Source: Camelus ferus (taxonomy: Eukaryota). From it: a stretch of 64,000 bases of DNA. The DNA is taken from positions 117,182,001-117,246,000 of the forward strand of contig NC_045696.1 of the NCBI RefSeq assembly GCF_009834535.1, in the 5' to 3' direction. Positions 1 to 11,244 of this stretch are shown piece after piece (position 1 is the first letter of the stretch; each line of letters starts with the position of its first letter). The position numbers and the translations under genes are program-made. The notes beneath the pieces were generated by a model that saw only the letters and a list, made by a program, of their open reading frames with translations, was not told the DNA's origin and searched no databases.

Positions 1-9
1 TGGAAGACG

Positions 10-108
10 GGAGGGTTCAGATTCTAACATCACAATTTGCTGGTTGTATGATCTTGGATAATTAAACCTCTGTGAGCTTTATTTTCCTCATCTATTTAAC
101 AGAGATTT
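10..108 (+). mobile_element. MIR SINE fragment
   Basis: Degenerate MIR core: GGTTCAGATTCT...TGATCTTGG...AACCTCTGTGAGCTTTATTTTCCTCATCT. Confidence 0.7.
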
Positions 109-130
109 GAGTCCTTTCTTCACTCAATTG

Positions 131-567
131 TGTATTAGTCAGGGTTTGACAGAGAAATAGAACCAATGGTATATGTGTATGTATGTGTGTGTTTGTGTGT
201 GGGTGTACATCTACATATATATAAAGAGATTTATTTTAGGGAATTGGCTTATGTGATTATGGAGGCTGGCAAATCCAAAATCTGCAGGGTGGGCTGGCAG
301 GCTGGAGACCCCAGGCTGCAGGTCAAGCCCACAGGCCATCTGCTGCACAATTCCCTCTAGCTCAGGGAGCTTTTGGTCTAGTCAGTCTTCAACTGATTAA
401 ATGAGGCCCACCCATGTTATAGAGAGGAATATGCTTTACTCAAAGTCTATTGATTTAAATACTAATTTCATTCAAAACACCTTCACAGAAACACCCAGAA
501 TGATATTTGACCACAGATCTGAGCACTGTGGCTCAACCAGGTTGACACATTGAAGATGGCCATCCCA
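131..567 (-). mobile_element. MLT2-family ERVL LTR
   Basis: Begins TGTATTAGTCAGGGTT...AGAGAAATAGAACCAAT, has GAATTGGCTTATGTGATTATGGAGGCTGGCAAATCC, ends GTTGACACAT...CCATCCCA; reverse complement of MLT2 consensus and of the copy at 62439. Confidence 0.85.
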
Positions 568-840
568 AATCCACCCTGCCATGAACTTGGCACCCATACA
601 TATATCCATAAACTGTACTTAATCTCCAAATAAAGACAATAACAAGGTCATACTTCCACCTAACATGATATAACTATCCTGTGTGCACATGAAAATGTAC
701 TAACCTTTCCTCAGAAGAGGATGCGAAGTCCTTGGATGATGTTTACTTCCATCCTTGATATCCCCAAATTTAAATATTATGATGTCAAGTTAACAACACT
801 TAAATACTTTAAGTTCAATGTATCTTAAATTACTGTGGGA
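568..840 (-). mobile_element. ERVL internal 3' segment with polypurine tract next to the LTR
   Basis: AATCCACCCT (reverse AGGGTGGATT, PPT-like) abuts the LTR; followed by ...TAATCTCCAAATAAAGACAATAACAAGGTCATA... typical of ERVL 3' internal sequence. Confidence 0.65.
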
Positions 841-1399
841 AAAGGAAAAGAAAGAGAAGTAAATAAAGATATTATGTATAGAAAAATATTTTATTATATA
901 TTACATATAATTATATGTTATATTGTAACATTAGGAGTAAATGAAATACAATACATGTAGCATCTAGAATTTTCTAGCACATGGATGTTGTTACTAACAG
1001 CTGCTTCTCCATACTGCACCCTAATTTAGGGTGAATATCTGGCTCATGGTGTCACACAGCCATGATAAGAATTAGCCTCTGTACAAGTGTGAGTGTAGGA
1101 ATTTGTATGTGGTGTATGCTTACACATTCTGGTAAATAATAGATTATGTGTGCACTAATTAGGTGCCTCTTTCTTTTTATATAAAATACCATTCTACTGA
1201 GTTGGTTGCATTTTAGACCATGTAAGCACAATTGTGGAATTCTTGGCAGAGGAAATCAGAGCTTTTATGTTTTTAAGAATCTGAAACTAATTTCTTAAAA
1301 TTCTGCATGCAGGTAATGAAATAGACCCAAAAAGACTGCATGAGAATTAGGCAGCCATATGTCTATCTAGTTTATTTGCCCTAAAATGATGATAATGAA

Positions 1400-1402
<3 letters not shown>

Positions 1403-1440
<38 letters not shown>
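1403..1440. repeat. (TG)19 microsatellite
   Basis: Perfect TG run. Confidence 0.98.
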
Positions 1441-1444
<4 letters not shown>

Positions 1445-1446
1445 AT

Positions 1447-1775
1447 CAGTCCTCTGTATCCATGAGTTCTGCATCTACAGATGGAAAATATTCAGAAAAG
1501 AAAATTCCAGAAAATTCCAAAAAGCAAAACTTAAATTTTCCACATGCTGATAACTACTTATATAGTATTTACATTGAATTAACAACTATTTACCTAACAT
1601 TTACATTGTATTAGGTATTATAAATTATCCAGAGATGGTTTAAAGTATATAGCAGGGTATGTGTAGGTTATATGCAAATTCTATACCATTTTATGTAAGG
1701 GACTTGAGCATCCAAGGATTTTGGCATGGGTAGGGGCTGCCTGAACCAATCCCCTGTGGATACAGAGGGATGATG
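1447..1775 (-). mobile_element. MER2 (TcMar-Tigger non-autonomous DNA transposon)
   Basis: Terminal inverted repeats CAGTCCTCTGTATCC / GGATACAGAGGGATGATG; internal TAAGGGACTTGAGCATCC and GTAGGTTATATGCAAAT match MER2. Confidence 0.85.

Positions 1776-1778
<3 letters not shown>

Positions 1779-1806
<28 letters not shown>
1779..1806. repeat. (TA)14 microsatellite
   Basis: Perfect TA run immediately after MER2. Confidence 0.95.
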
Positions 1807-1810
<4 letters not shown>

Positions 1811-2869
1811 TGATACTTGAACCTTTATGTAATTCTTCCAAATGTTCAATCTAACTATAGATCCACAATTTAATTGAAATCCCTGCTAACATTATATATG
1901 TTACATCCTCTTCTATTTTAGCTAAACTGGAAAAAAATAATGGACTTGAGCATTTAATAATTCAGATATAAGATAAAGAACTCTGCCTGCACATATCTAG
2001 CATTTATATTCTCTTTTCCACTTAAAAAATGTCTTTTCCCCAATAAGGCAAGAAATACATGTCTATGCTACAATTCTATTTTCTTCCTTCATAACAACTT
2101 TCCTAATTTTACTGTATAAGTGTATTATATAGGAATATTTTTTATTAATTAAAGTCCTTCATTTTTAGAATGATTTTTTTAAAGCTCTCCAAACTTTTCA
2201 TACTCAAAAAAAAAAAAATCCTCACATGGAAATGCTTAAATCATTATTTGATACCACAAAAATTAGAAAGTATTTATTCAGACAGGTTTATTTTGTCTTT
2301 CTTTCTCTAGTGCCCACTATTCCCCTTCCTCACAGGCTCACATGAGATGGGTGATATGATGAGGGTGAGAAAAGTCTTGCTCACACACCTGCGTGAAAGT
2401 CTACGAAAACTCTTGTGTACCGAGTAGGCTAGTCGCCATTGTATCTTTCCTCCCAGCCAGAATGGTGATAATCAGGATGGTTAATGATTGGGAATTTAAA
2501 TTCTGCTTTCTTATTTCCAATCATTATGCTAAGATCACAGCAATAAATAAACTTTCAGCAGTGTGTAGGGAAAGAAAATCTTTTCAAATTCACCCAATCA
2601 AGTTATTCTGAATCTAATCTTTCCATGTCTTACAAAATCAGCTATATCTGGTTGTTTTCACAATTTCCTGATTAAATCTGTCAATAGATTTTTCTACTGC
2701 TCATTCTGTTATTTATCCAGAGCATTAATGAACTTCTTTACCTCCTGTGGATCCATAAATATTTCTATTTTATTATCAAAAACAACTCTTAATTGGACTA
2801 AAAATAGAAGTGTAGATCTAGCTGCTCCACCTAAGAAACAAATAAACTTTTCTGGCTCCAAAGTCACCA

Positions 2870-3030
2870 TTTATTTATTTCTAATTCATTGATATTTATT
2901 GCCTACCTACCACATGCCAGTCACCATTCGTGAGCCTCAGCATTAAGTGGTGAAAAGGGCAGACAGAACCACTGTTCTCATGGATCTTAGATTCAGTACA
3001 AAAGGTCATTAATAAACAAGTCACTAAATA
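2870..3030 (-). mobile_element. L2 3' end
   Basis: ATTCATTGATATTTATTGCCTACCTACCACATGCCAG... is the antisense L2 tail. Confidence 0.65.
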
Positions 3031-3042
3031 AAGCAGAAACTT

Positions 3043-3656
3043 CTTTTCAAAAAAATTATTGAAGTGTAGTTGATTTATAATGTTAGTTTCAGGTGTACAG
3101 CAAAGTGATTCAGTTATACATGTACATACATATATATTTTCTTTTCAGATTCTTTTCCATTATATGTTATTACAAGAAATTGAATATAGTTCCCTGTGCT
3201 ATACAGTAGGTCCTTGTTGTTTATCTATTTTATATACAGTAGTGTGTGTCTGTTAATCCCCAACCCCTAGTTTCTCCCTCTCCACCCTTTCCCCTTTGAT
3301 AACCATAGTTTGTTTTCTATGTCAGTGAGTCTGTTTCTGTTTTGTAAATAAGTTCATCTGTGTCCTTTTTGTAGATTCCAAATATAAGTGATATATGATA
3401 TTTGTCTTTGTCTGGCTTAATTCACTCAATATGATAATCTCTAGGTCCATGTTGGTGCAAATAGCATTATTTTATTCTTTTTATGGCTGAGTAATATTCT
3501 ACTATATAAATATACCACAACTTCTTTATCCAGTCATCTGTCGATGGACATTTAGGTTGTTTCCATGTCTTGGCTATTATAAATAGCTGCTATGAACATT
3601 AGGCTGCAAGTATCTTTTTGAATTATAGTTTTCTCTGGATATGTGCCCAGGAATGA
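3043..3656 (-). mobile_element. 5'-truncated cetartiodactyl-type L1 (3' UTR plus end of ORF2)
   Basis: TTGAAGTGTAGTTGATTTATAATGTT...TCCCTGTGCTATACAGTAGG...CAGTCATCTGTCGATGGACATTTAGGTTGTTTCCATGTCTTGGCT; clearly homologous to the copies at 30.1 kb and 53.5 kb. Confidence 0.92.
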
Positions 3657-3659
3657 TGA

Positions 3660-3950
3660 CAAATTCTTCAAGAATATAGAAATCTGGAACATGGTGACTA
3701 GATGGAGGATGGGAGAAAAGTGAGCCCTGGAAGACTGACCAAGGAAGTTCTCTTTGAGAAGCTAAAGCTGAACTGGGGCCGGAATAAGAGGGAAGCAACT
3801 AGGCAAAAATCCAACGAGAGATTTTTCAGACTGCAGGCAGAGGCATTGCAAAGGCTCAGAGTCAGGAACTTGGCACACATGAGGACAATAAAAAAGATGG
3901 GTGATTGGAAAGAAGTGAACAAGTAACTACAACTAAGATGAAGTTGGTCA
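3660..3950 (-). mobile_element. L2 continuation (split by the L1)
   Basis: Purine-rich antisense L2 pattern ...GGCAGAGGCATTGCAAAGGCTCAGAG...CTTGGCACA. Confidence 0.55.
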
Positions 3951-3984
3951 TTTTTCCACTACCCGTCTTTGACAATATTGGCCA

Positions 3985-4205
3985 AAATGTATTGGGCCCT
4001 CGGTATGAGCCAAGCATCCAGGTCATTCATTCATTATCCCAGTTAATTCCAAAATAACCATGCAAGGAAGCTAATTTTACTATTCCCATTTTACAGTGGA
4101 CTAAATTGAGGTTCAGAGAAGCGAGTTGCTGAAGGATATTTAACTAGTAAGGAGGCTACCCAAACTAGACCAAGCCCAAGTCCTTAACCAATAAGCTACA
4201 CTGCC
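3985..4205 (-). mobile_element. MIR SINE
   Basis: TATTCCCATTTTACAG...AATTGAGGTTCAGAGA...CTTAACCAATAAGCTACACTGCC. Confidence 0.75.
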
Positions 4206-6059
4206 AATCTGACATCTTTTCTACTAATAGCTTTAACCATTATTACCTTGTTTTATGTATGACTTTGCAGCTAGAGTTTAGACATTTTTTTGTAGGACTG
4301 CTATACACATTATAGTACTTCTCGAGATGCTGGTAACTGTTTGGGAACTAACCCCCATCTTCCCCTGAGAAAGCCCTGATTTGTAGTGTTTGTTGATGCC
4401 CATGGTATAAATACTCTCACAGTGGTCTGTTTCAGGTTAACAATGAGTCATCTGCTAAATGTGTAGTTGAGAAGGAATGTGACCAATCAACGCTTAGGAG
4501 CCAGTATGATGGGCTCCAGTAGAGGAGAAAGAAAACGACCCTATAGGAAAGCAGTTTGAAATCCCTTTGATGGAAGTCAGAATCGCAAAGACATTTTCCT
4601 TCAACGAAGTGCTTTTTGTTACTCTCCATCCTCTAAATTTACTAGTTGGGAAAAAGGTAGAGGCAGTGCATAAAAAAGTGGGTGCCTTTTCCCCTGACTG
4701 CACTCGTGAGATTTTTATCACTGCCTCTTGAAACATTTTGCCGTTGGGTTTGCTCATTGTAGAGAGAATTGTCTTTTCAAACGTAGCATACACAAATGGT
4801 TGTTTCAGAATGAAGAGGCACAGCACCTTAGGTACCTATATAAGTTCAGGATGGTTTTGCTAATTGAGAATTTAGGAGACCAAGCCCCTAGATACAGGAC
4901 CTAAGGAATTGTTTTTACAACATGGAAGCCATTAGACAATATGGACCTTCTATGAATGAGCGGGAATCTTTGCAGTGGGGGTGGAGAAACTGCCTTCCAA
5001 GTGCAGATTCCAACGTGGAATCGCCAAATAATAATTCATGACAGAGATACAACATATGTTCTCATGATAAAGTGGGAGTTATAGGACACAGAGAGGAAGT
5101 AAGCAGCAGAACCTCCGTGAGTTACGGCACCTCATTGCCATTATAAAACATCTTTATTGGGAGGGAAAATGCAATATTTTGGTAGAAGGAGATGAAGTAG
5201 GTAGTCTGGATTGCTCACTTATGGTAGAATGTGCAATTTTACAGCTGGGCTATCCCCGTCTGCCTTGTGTCTTCCCCGACTCACAGCCTATACTTAGCAG
5301 GCACTGAACATACACTGTGTAATCCATAGAGCAATCAAGGTGTTTAGGTAGGACTTGGGAAATGGAGGGTTTTATGAAAGGGAAGCCTGGGTTTTCTACA
5401 GGAAGTTTTCAAGCATCAAGTTCTTGATCCCTTTTAAAATTTAATTTGTGATATTATTGCAAAGCTGTGCTAGTGGTCATTGGGTGTGTTTTCTTGGGGC
5501 AGTTAGATAAATTCACCTCTATATTGTTGTTGTTGTTATTATTATTGTTGTTTTCGCAACTATGAGTATTTTGGAAGTTTGCTGCCATTTTCTTAGGACA
5601 GTTTTAATTCTAAGACCATATCACTGGAATCAGGTGCAGAAACCAACTAGCCCAGGATCACTGAAATTTACAGCACGTCTGCTTTGCTTCCTCAGTGCTT
5701 TTGTGGCAAAGAGGGTGGCTTATACAATCTTCAGAGAAATGCACATCCAATCTGAAATTTGAGAGCTGACAAGAAATTGACCATGCAAATCCTTCAGTAG
5801 TGTGATGTGTGAGAAGAGATTTTTTTAACTCGGAGCAAAGGAGGAAAATGCATACTCTCTCCAAAAAGAGCTTTCAATCTAGTATTTCTATGTTTTTTTT
5901 AAAAAATTCTTTCTTGTGAAAGGACAAGTTAGAAGATTTGAACCTGTTATCTGCTTGACAAATCAGAATATCACAATAACACGAGCAAGTTTTATAGCCA
6001 AGGAAAGGAGTCTCAGTGAATAAAGAGTGACTCAGAGCCCTTTGCTGAAAATGCACAAT

Positions 6060-6382
6060 ACTAAAAAAAAAAAAAAGGCAACAAACAAACTTATTTATAA
6101 AACAGAAATAGACTCACAGACATAGAAAACAAATTTATAGTTACCAAGGGGGAGGGAGGGGGTGGTAAATTAGGAGTATGGGATTAACAGATACACACTA
6201 CTACATATAAAATAGATAAACAGCACGGTCCTACTGTACAGCACAGGGAACTGTATTCAATATCTTGTAATAATCTATAATTAAAAAGAATATGAAAAGG
6301 AATATATGTATGTATAACTGAATCACTATGCTGTAGACTAGAAACGAACACAACATTGTAAATCAACTAGACTTCAATAAAA
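6060..6382 (+). mobile_element. L1 3' UTR fragment
   Basis: AAACAGAAATAGACTCACAGACATAGAAAACAAA...GCACAGGGAACTGTATTCAATATC...ACATTGTAAATCAACT...CAATAAAA. Confidence 0.92.
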
Positions 6383-8039
6383 GAGTCTCTACACCTTATC
6401 ATTTTCATCAAGGAGAATATAATTCCTTTATGCAAACATTTAGGAGTGAATTCATATATTCATTCTTTCTTAAATCACCTGCTAGTTCTGTTGAAATGTT
6501 CCTTTAAAATATTTTGAATCTGACGCATGTGTCGAGGAATTTTTGAAAGGTCAGTTTCCTGATTTCATTGATATGACTGTGGAATGTCATTATTTTTTTT
6601 TCCTCTTATAAATTCAATCAGTTAAAGATACCATAAAATGGCAATGGTAATTCCCTATAATGTAGTCTCCTAACATCTACGTTTAGGGAAAAAAAAAGGT
6701 TTCAAAGGGAACTTGGAGTTGATACGCATTGCTGGTAAGTCTTTTTGTTACTGTCTTTTAAAAAGCATGAAAATACCTTCCCTATTTGGAGTTGTTTTCA
6801 GGAAACACAGACTCCTCTTTCTCTTTCTCTGGCTACACTCACTTTCTATGCTATTTGTGTATCTACATTATTCATGCTTACAAGCCCAGCTGTAAAATAA
6901 AAATAGAGTGAATGAATGAGTTCTAAGGATCAACATAAAAATACGGCCTGAACTCCAGTCAAACCTTGAATCTCACTTATCCTACAGAGTTCACCACTTT
7001 CTTATTTCATAAAAAATTTTATTAGCCAAACTCCTTCTCTTCTGAAAATCTGGTCATCTGAATCTAAGCTTTCTGCCCAGGACTCTTCTTAATTAAAATG
7101 ACAAACTCTGTGACATTTCATGTCTTCATTAGATCACTAGATTGCCCTGTAAGACATGGAAAGTTTTCATTTCCATCAAAAATGAAGAAAAGTGCTTGGT
7201 TTTGTTTCTCTACTTGTGAACATTTAGATCTTTTTATTTTTATTCACTCACTGGCCTGAAAACCTTGTGTGGTTTTCTTTGAAGCCATAACAAAAAATTA
7301 ATACAGAATGGCCCCAACTTCCCTATGCTAAATATTCTGGGAGGCACAGTCCCTCCCAGACCATCCTAGGCTTGCCAGCTGCCGCTTCTGATTCTGGTAA
7401 ATTGAAAAGTGAAACATCACTGATGTGGTCAACTTTATACCAGACCTCATTGTTCCCACGATGAGGCACTGCTCTCTGCACATAGCAGTGACAGATCTGG
7501 GTGATCTTCTTCACTTAGGGGGGAAAAATGTTTCTAAATTCATTTTATCGGCTCCCGAGTTTTATGTGTATAAAACAGAGAATTAAGCATGTGACAGGAC
7601 TCAATCCTGGGACGAAGAGATCTCCACTCCAGGAGTGAAAAGCATAGAGTTTGCTGGCAGTTGGAGCCTTTTTTAAAACCCTCCTCTTGAGCTGATTCAC
7701 ACAGCTGAGTAGAAAAATGTGTATTCCTCACTGAGCTCCAACCGGCAGCTTCCTAGCTTTCTACCGTCAATTGTAGTGAAATCATTGTCAATTAATCAAC
7801 TGGAAGAGCAAACACCTGCCCAATTTATTATTATTTTTTTTTTACAAGTAATTAAGGGGTCCAATAAAGCAGCAGGAGGAGATACAGTCCCAGGTAAAAG
7901 CACATGTCAAAGCCGGCATGTTTCTAAGCAATCCCACACCAGAGAAAGGAGGGAGAGAAAGAGAGAGAGGAAATATACGTCTTTTGATAACAAACAGCAG
8001 CACAAAATTCTGAAATGTGGAACAAAGAGGCTTGTCAAG

Positions 8040-8710
8040 CAACGATCTTTATTGCCTGGGATTCCAGCACCTGCGAGCTGACTTAAGAGCATCCTCTGTG
8101 AGGAGAGATCTATATAGGTCACTGTTGTTGTGAAGGGGGCATAGGGACCGTCGGCCCCGGTGCAGACAATGAACCTATATCTACCAGTCTGACATCTGTT
8201 TGGTCAGCCAGGCAGCAGAGACGGACTCTCAACTTTCTCTCTTCTCCGCCGAGAGAGAAAGAGAGAGAGGGGGAGAGAGAGAGAAGCAGCAGGGTGGCAG
8301 AAACCCATGTACACTTGCACAAAACAGGTGGTGTTCTAGTTAGGATGCCATATTTGCTATTTAGGGTTCCTGTGATCTCTGGAAGGATGGGTAAGCTATA
8401 GGGTGCGTAGGATGCAGCGACACAAAGCATCCCAGCGCTCCAAGCCTACAGGCTCCGTGCGACCTGGCACTCCGCATACCGAGATGGGTATCTCAGCAAG
8501 CCTGCGACCGAGTCTCAGTGAGATTTGGGTTACCACATTTAGCTGTGGGATTACAGCACAGGATACCACAGATAGGAGATAATGCCTCCGGCGTGCGGCT
8601 GTGGCAGTGAACGCCTCGCAAGGCTAATTGTGGCTGGTTTCGGGGTTAGGCGAGATGGAAGGGAGGCAAGGCATGGAATGGGTGATACAGGGTGGCTTGC
8701 GGCTTGCTGG
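8040..8710 (+). promoter_or_regulatory. Candidate promoter / first exon (weak CpG island)
   Basis: About 17 CpGs in 8400-8710 in an otherwise CpG-poor window; TATA/CArG-like TCTATATAGG at 8109-8118; GA-rich tract 8251-8286; AGGATGG|GTAAGC at 8384-8396; repeat-free context. Confidence 0.45.
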
Positions 8711-9566
8711 CAGCTGCCATGTCAAACCTGCTCCCCCAGCCTGGTACCCCACCTCCACTGACAAACCCGAACAAAGCTACACAATGTCATTTTGCACCTC
8801 TATCCTTCTTTCAGAGGCAGAAGTCAATAAATCAGATTTTATTGTCCTCAAACGAAGTCCTACAGCACATAAAAAGGGCAGAATCTGTTTTTATTTTTTT
8901 CCTTTTACTTTGAACTATTCTTTTGGATGGCTGAAGTGATTGGTTAATATTTTTTCTCCAGTGGCACCGTAGGAATTTTTTTTTTTCATGGCTTCCAGTG
9001 GCCAGAAACTCTCAAGATATTTATGAAACAAATTGTCATTTCTTGGAGCCTCACCAAAACTTAATTTCTTCATATTTTTGTTAGTGGGCTTTATTTCTTG
9101 TTGTGTTTCTGTTAAATAATCTCCTCAACACTTGGACAATTCCTGGACAAATCTGGGAGAATTCAGAATAAAACTGAATGGTGGTGATCATTCTTGCCAG
9201 TCCAGCTGTCTCAGATTTTGCCCCTGTTCACAGCTCCCATCTCCCAATATGTCCTTCTGACTTACAAAGACTGCTTGAGTATGAGATCAGCTCTCCGAGG
9301 CTCATTTCCACCTGTCTCATTTTCCCACAAGAAAGTCTATGCCTGACTCATATAACTGGGCTGTGATGAAGCCCAAATGTGGAAAGGTGTTTCTCATATA
9401 GCTGAATTATTTTCAATGTATGATTGTATTATAGTATCTCCTCCATTTCTTCCAGGTGGAGAGATTGAGCTTCTTGATGTGGGAAAAATTCACAACAGTG
9501 AGTTTTGGAGCATCTAAGAGAAGTACATATTCCAGAGAGTCTTAAAATATATTCTGAAAAATAACA

Positions 9567-10000
9567 GGTGTGGCAGTCATTAGTGTTACTCCTGAATTAT
9601 TTCAGGATCTCTGCCTTTGGGCACATGTTAGGATGGCATTTCTCATCCCCTGGCATTTCGATGGGACCAGCTGGCTAGTTCTTCATGAATCATTGTGATC
9701 AGAAGTGCTGGGAGTCAGCTCTGATCCATGGCACTTACTGGTCCATATGTGTATGAGACTTTCTAGAACTTTCTCTTTTCCCTCTTGGATGGCAACTGGC
9801 CCACTCTATACTCTATACAATCTCTATCTCTTTCTTCAGGGTTGGTCCATGAGTGACTAGCATGAATGCAAGACTCCTGCTGATTCCTCAGGACATCTGG
9901 GCTTGGAGTGTAAGCAGCCAATGAAACAGTAGTGAAATAAACCATTGAGAGTTGTGAGGCCTCTTTGTTACCTCAGCATAACCTCGCCTGTCCTGACTGT
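9567..10000 (+). mobile_element. MLT1-family (MaLR) LTR, old subfamily
   Basis: Starts TGTGGCAGTC; ends GAAATAAACC...TTTGTTACCTCAGCATAACCT...CCTGACTG as in MLT1 3' ends. Confidence 0.7.
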
Positions 10001-11094
10001 TAAACTAATTACCTGGAACTGGAATACACAGGGTATGCAAAAAGGGATGTGAGACTCAACAAGTTTGGGAAAAGTTAGTTTGGACACAATTAAATAGGAT
10101 ATTTAGGCTGTTTCAGATTCATTAATGGCTTGTGAATCTTCACAAGCCTGTTATAAAGAAATGAAAACATCCCCAGGACAGTATCCTGTATTTGAGGATC
10201 ATCCTAAAGGACTGACCTACAGGGGAATGAATGGCAACCCTCCACCACCTCACCAGCCTTCATCCTCTTGTGATGGTGCTCTGTAATTTGTGAGTCTAAG
10301 GAATTCTACAGATTCCTTCTCCTCTTGAGTGTGAGCTTGTTTCAAAGGCAGGTGTATAATATTTTTCACGTGGAAGAGAGGGAGGTGCTATTCTCTAGAA
10401 GATGATATATTTTTGAAAAAGGTAGACTTTGACATTTCCCCGGCTCACTCATTTCTTTTCTTTTTCTGATCAAAAAAATCCACTTCGTTTATGAGGGAAA
10501 AAAAAATACATTGCCATACGTGCTACAAATAGAAGCCAACACACCAGAGGAAGTAACTGCTGCTGAAAGCTGGCTAATTGAAATGTAATTCATTAATTTC
10601 AAACAGAACACACACACAAATACACAATTGCACAGACACAAAAATTGTTGGTCTCACAACCTTTTCTAAGGTTGCATTTATGCTTCTTCAGCTGGAGGTG
10701 GTTTTGCAGCACTTGAGAAACTGGAAAAAATCCATTGCATTGAAAACTAAAGGTGGCTACTTACACACAAAATTAGTAACCACGTTTTTTCCCGTGACTG
10801 TTTTCTGATGTGGGATGATTGCAGAGATATCAACCTGAAAATGCATCCCATTTGTCAATGGTGTGCTGTCTTTGGAGAAGGTCATTAGAACTGAATTCTC
10901 AAAATGCTACCCTGCTGCCAGTTCAGGCCATTCTGTTTCAAGAGACTTTATCATCTCTTTTTTGAAAGTCACCCTGCATTTCTGGAGCTAATTTGGTCTG
11001 AAAAGTAAGCAGATAGGTGAAGAACTTGAGTTTTTCCAAGCCTTCGGCTACGGTGGCTGAGATAAAAGTAAATCCCAAGCTGTTTGAAGAAGAA

Positions 11095-11244
11095 AAGGAG
11101 GCAGAGGAGGAGGGGAAAAGGGAAAATGAAAAAAAAAAAAAAGGATGGAAGGAAGGAAAGGAGGAAGGGAAGGTAGGAAGGAAGGAAGAAAGGGAAGGTG
11201 GGAAGGAAGGAAGGAAGGAAGGAAGGAAGGAAGGAAGGAAGGAA
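11095..11244. repeat. Purine-rich tract with (GGAA)n
   Basis: GGAAGGAAGGAA... array; source of the spurious 160-aa and 114-aa ORFs. Confidence 0.95.

Noticed and set aside
7907..8430. Minus-strand ORFs of 103 aa and 71 aa across the candidate promoter
   Set aside because: They cross GA/CT repeats, have no recognisable homology and only weak donors; not supportable as CDS.
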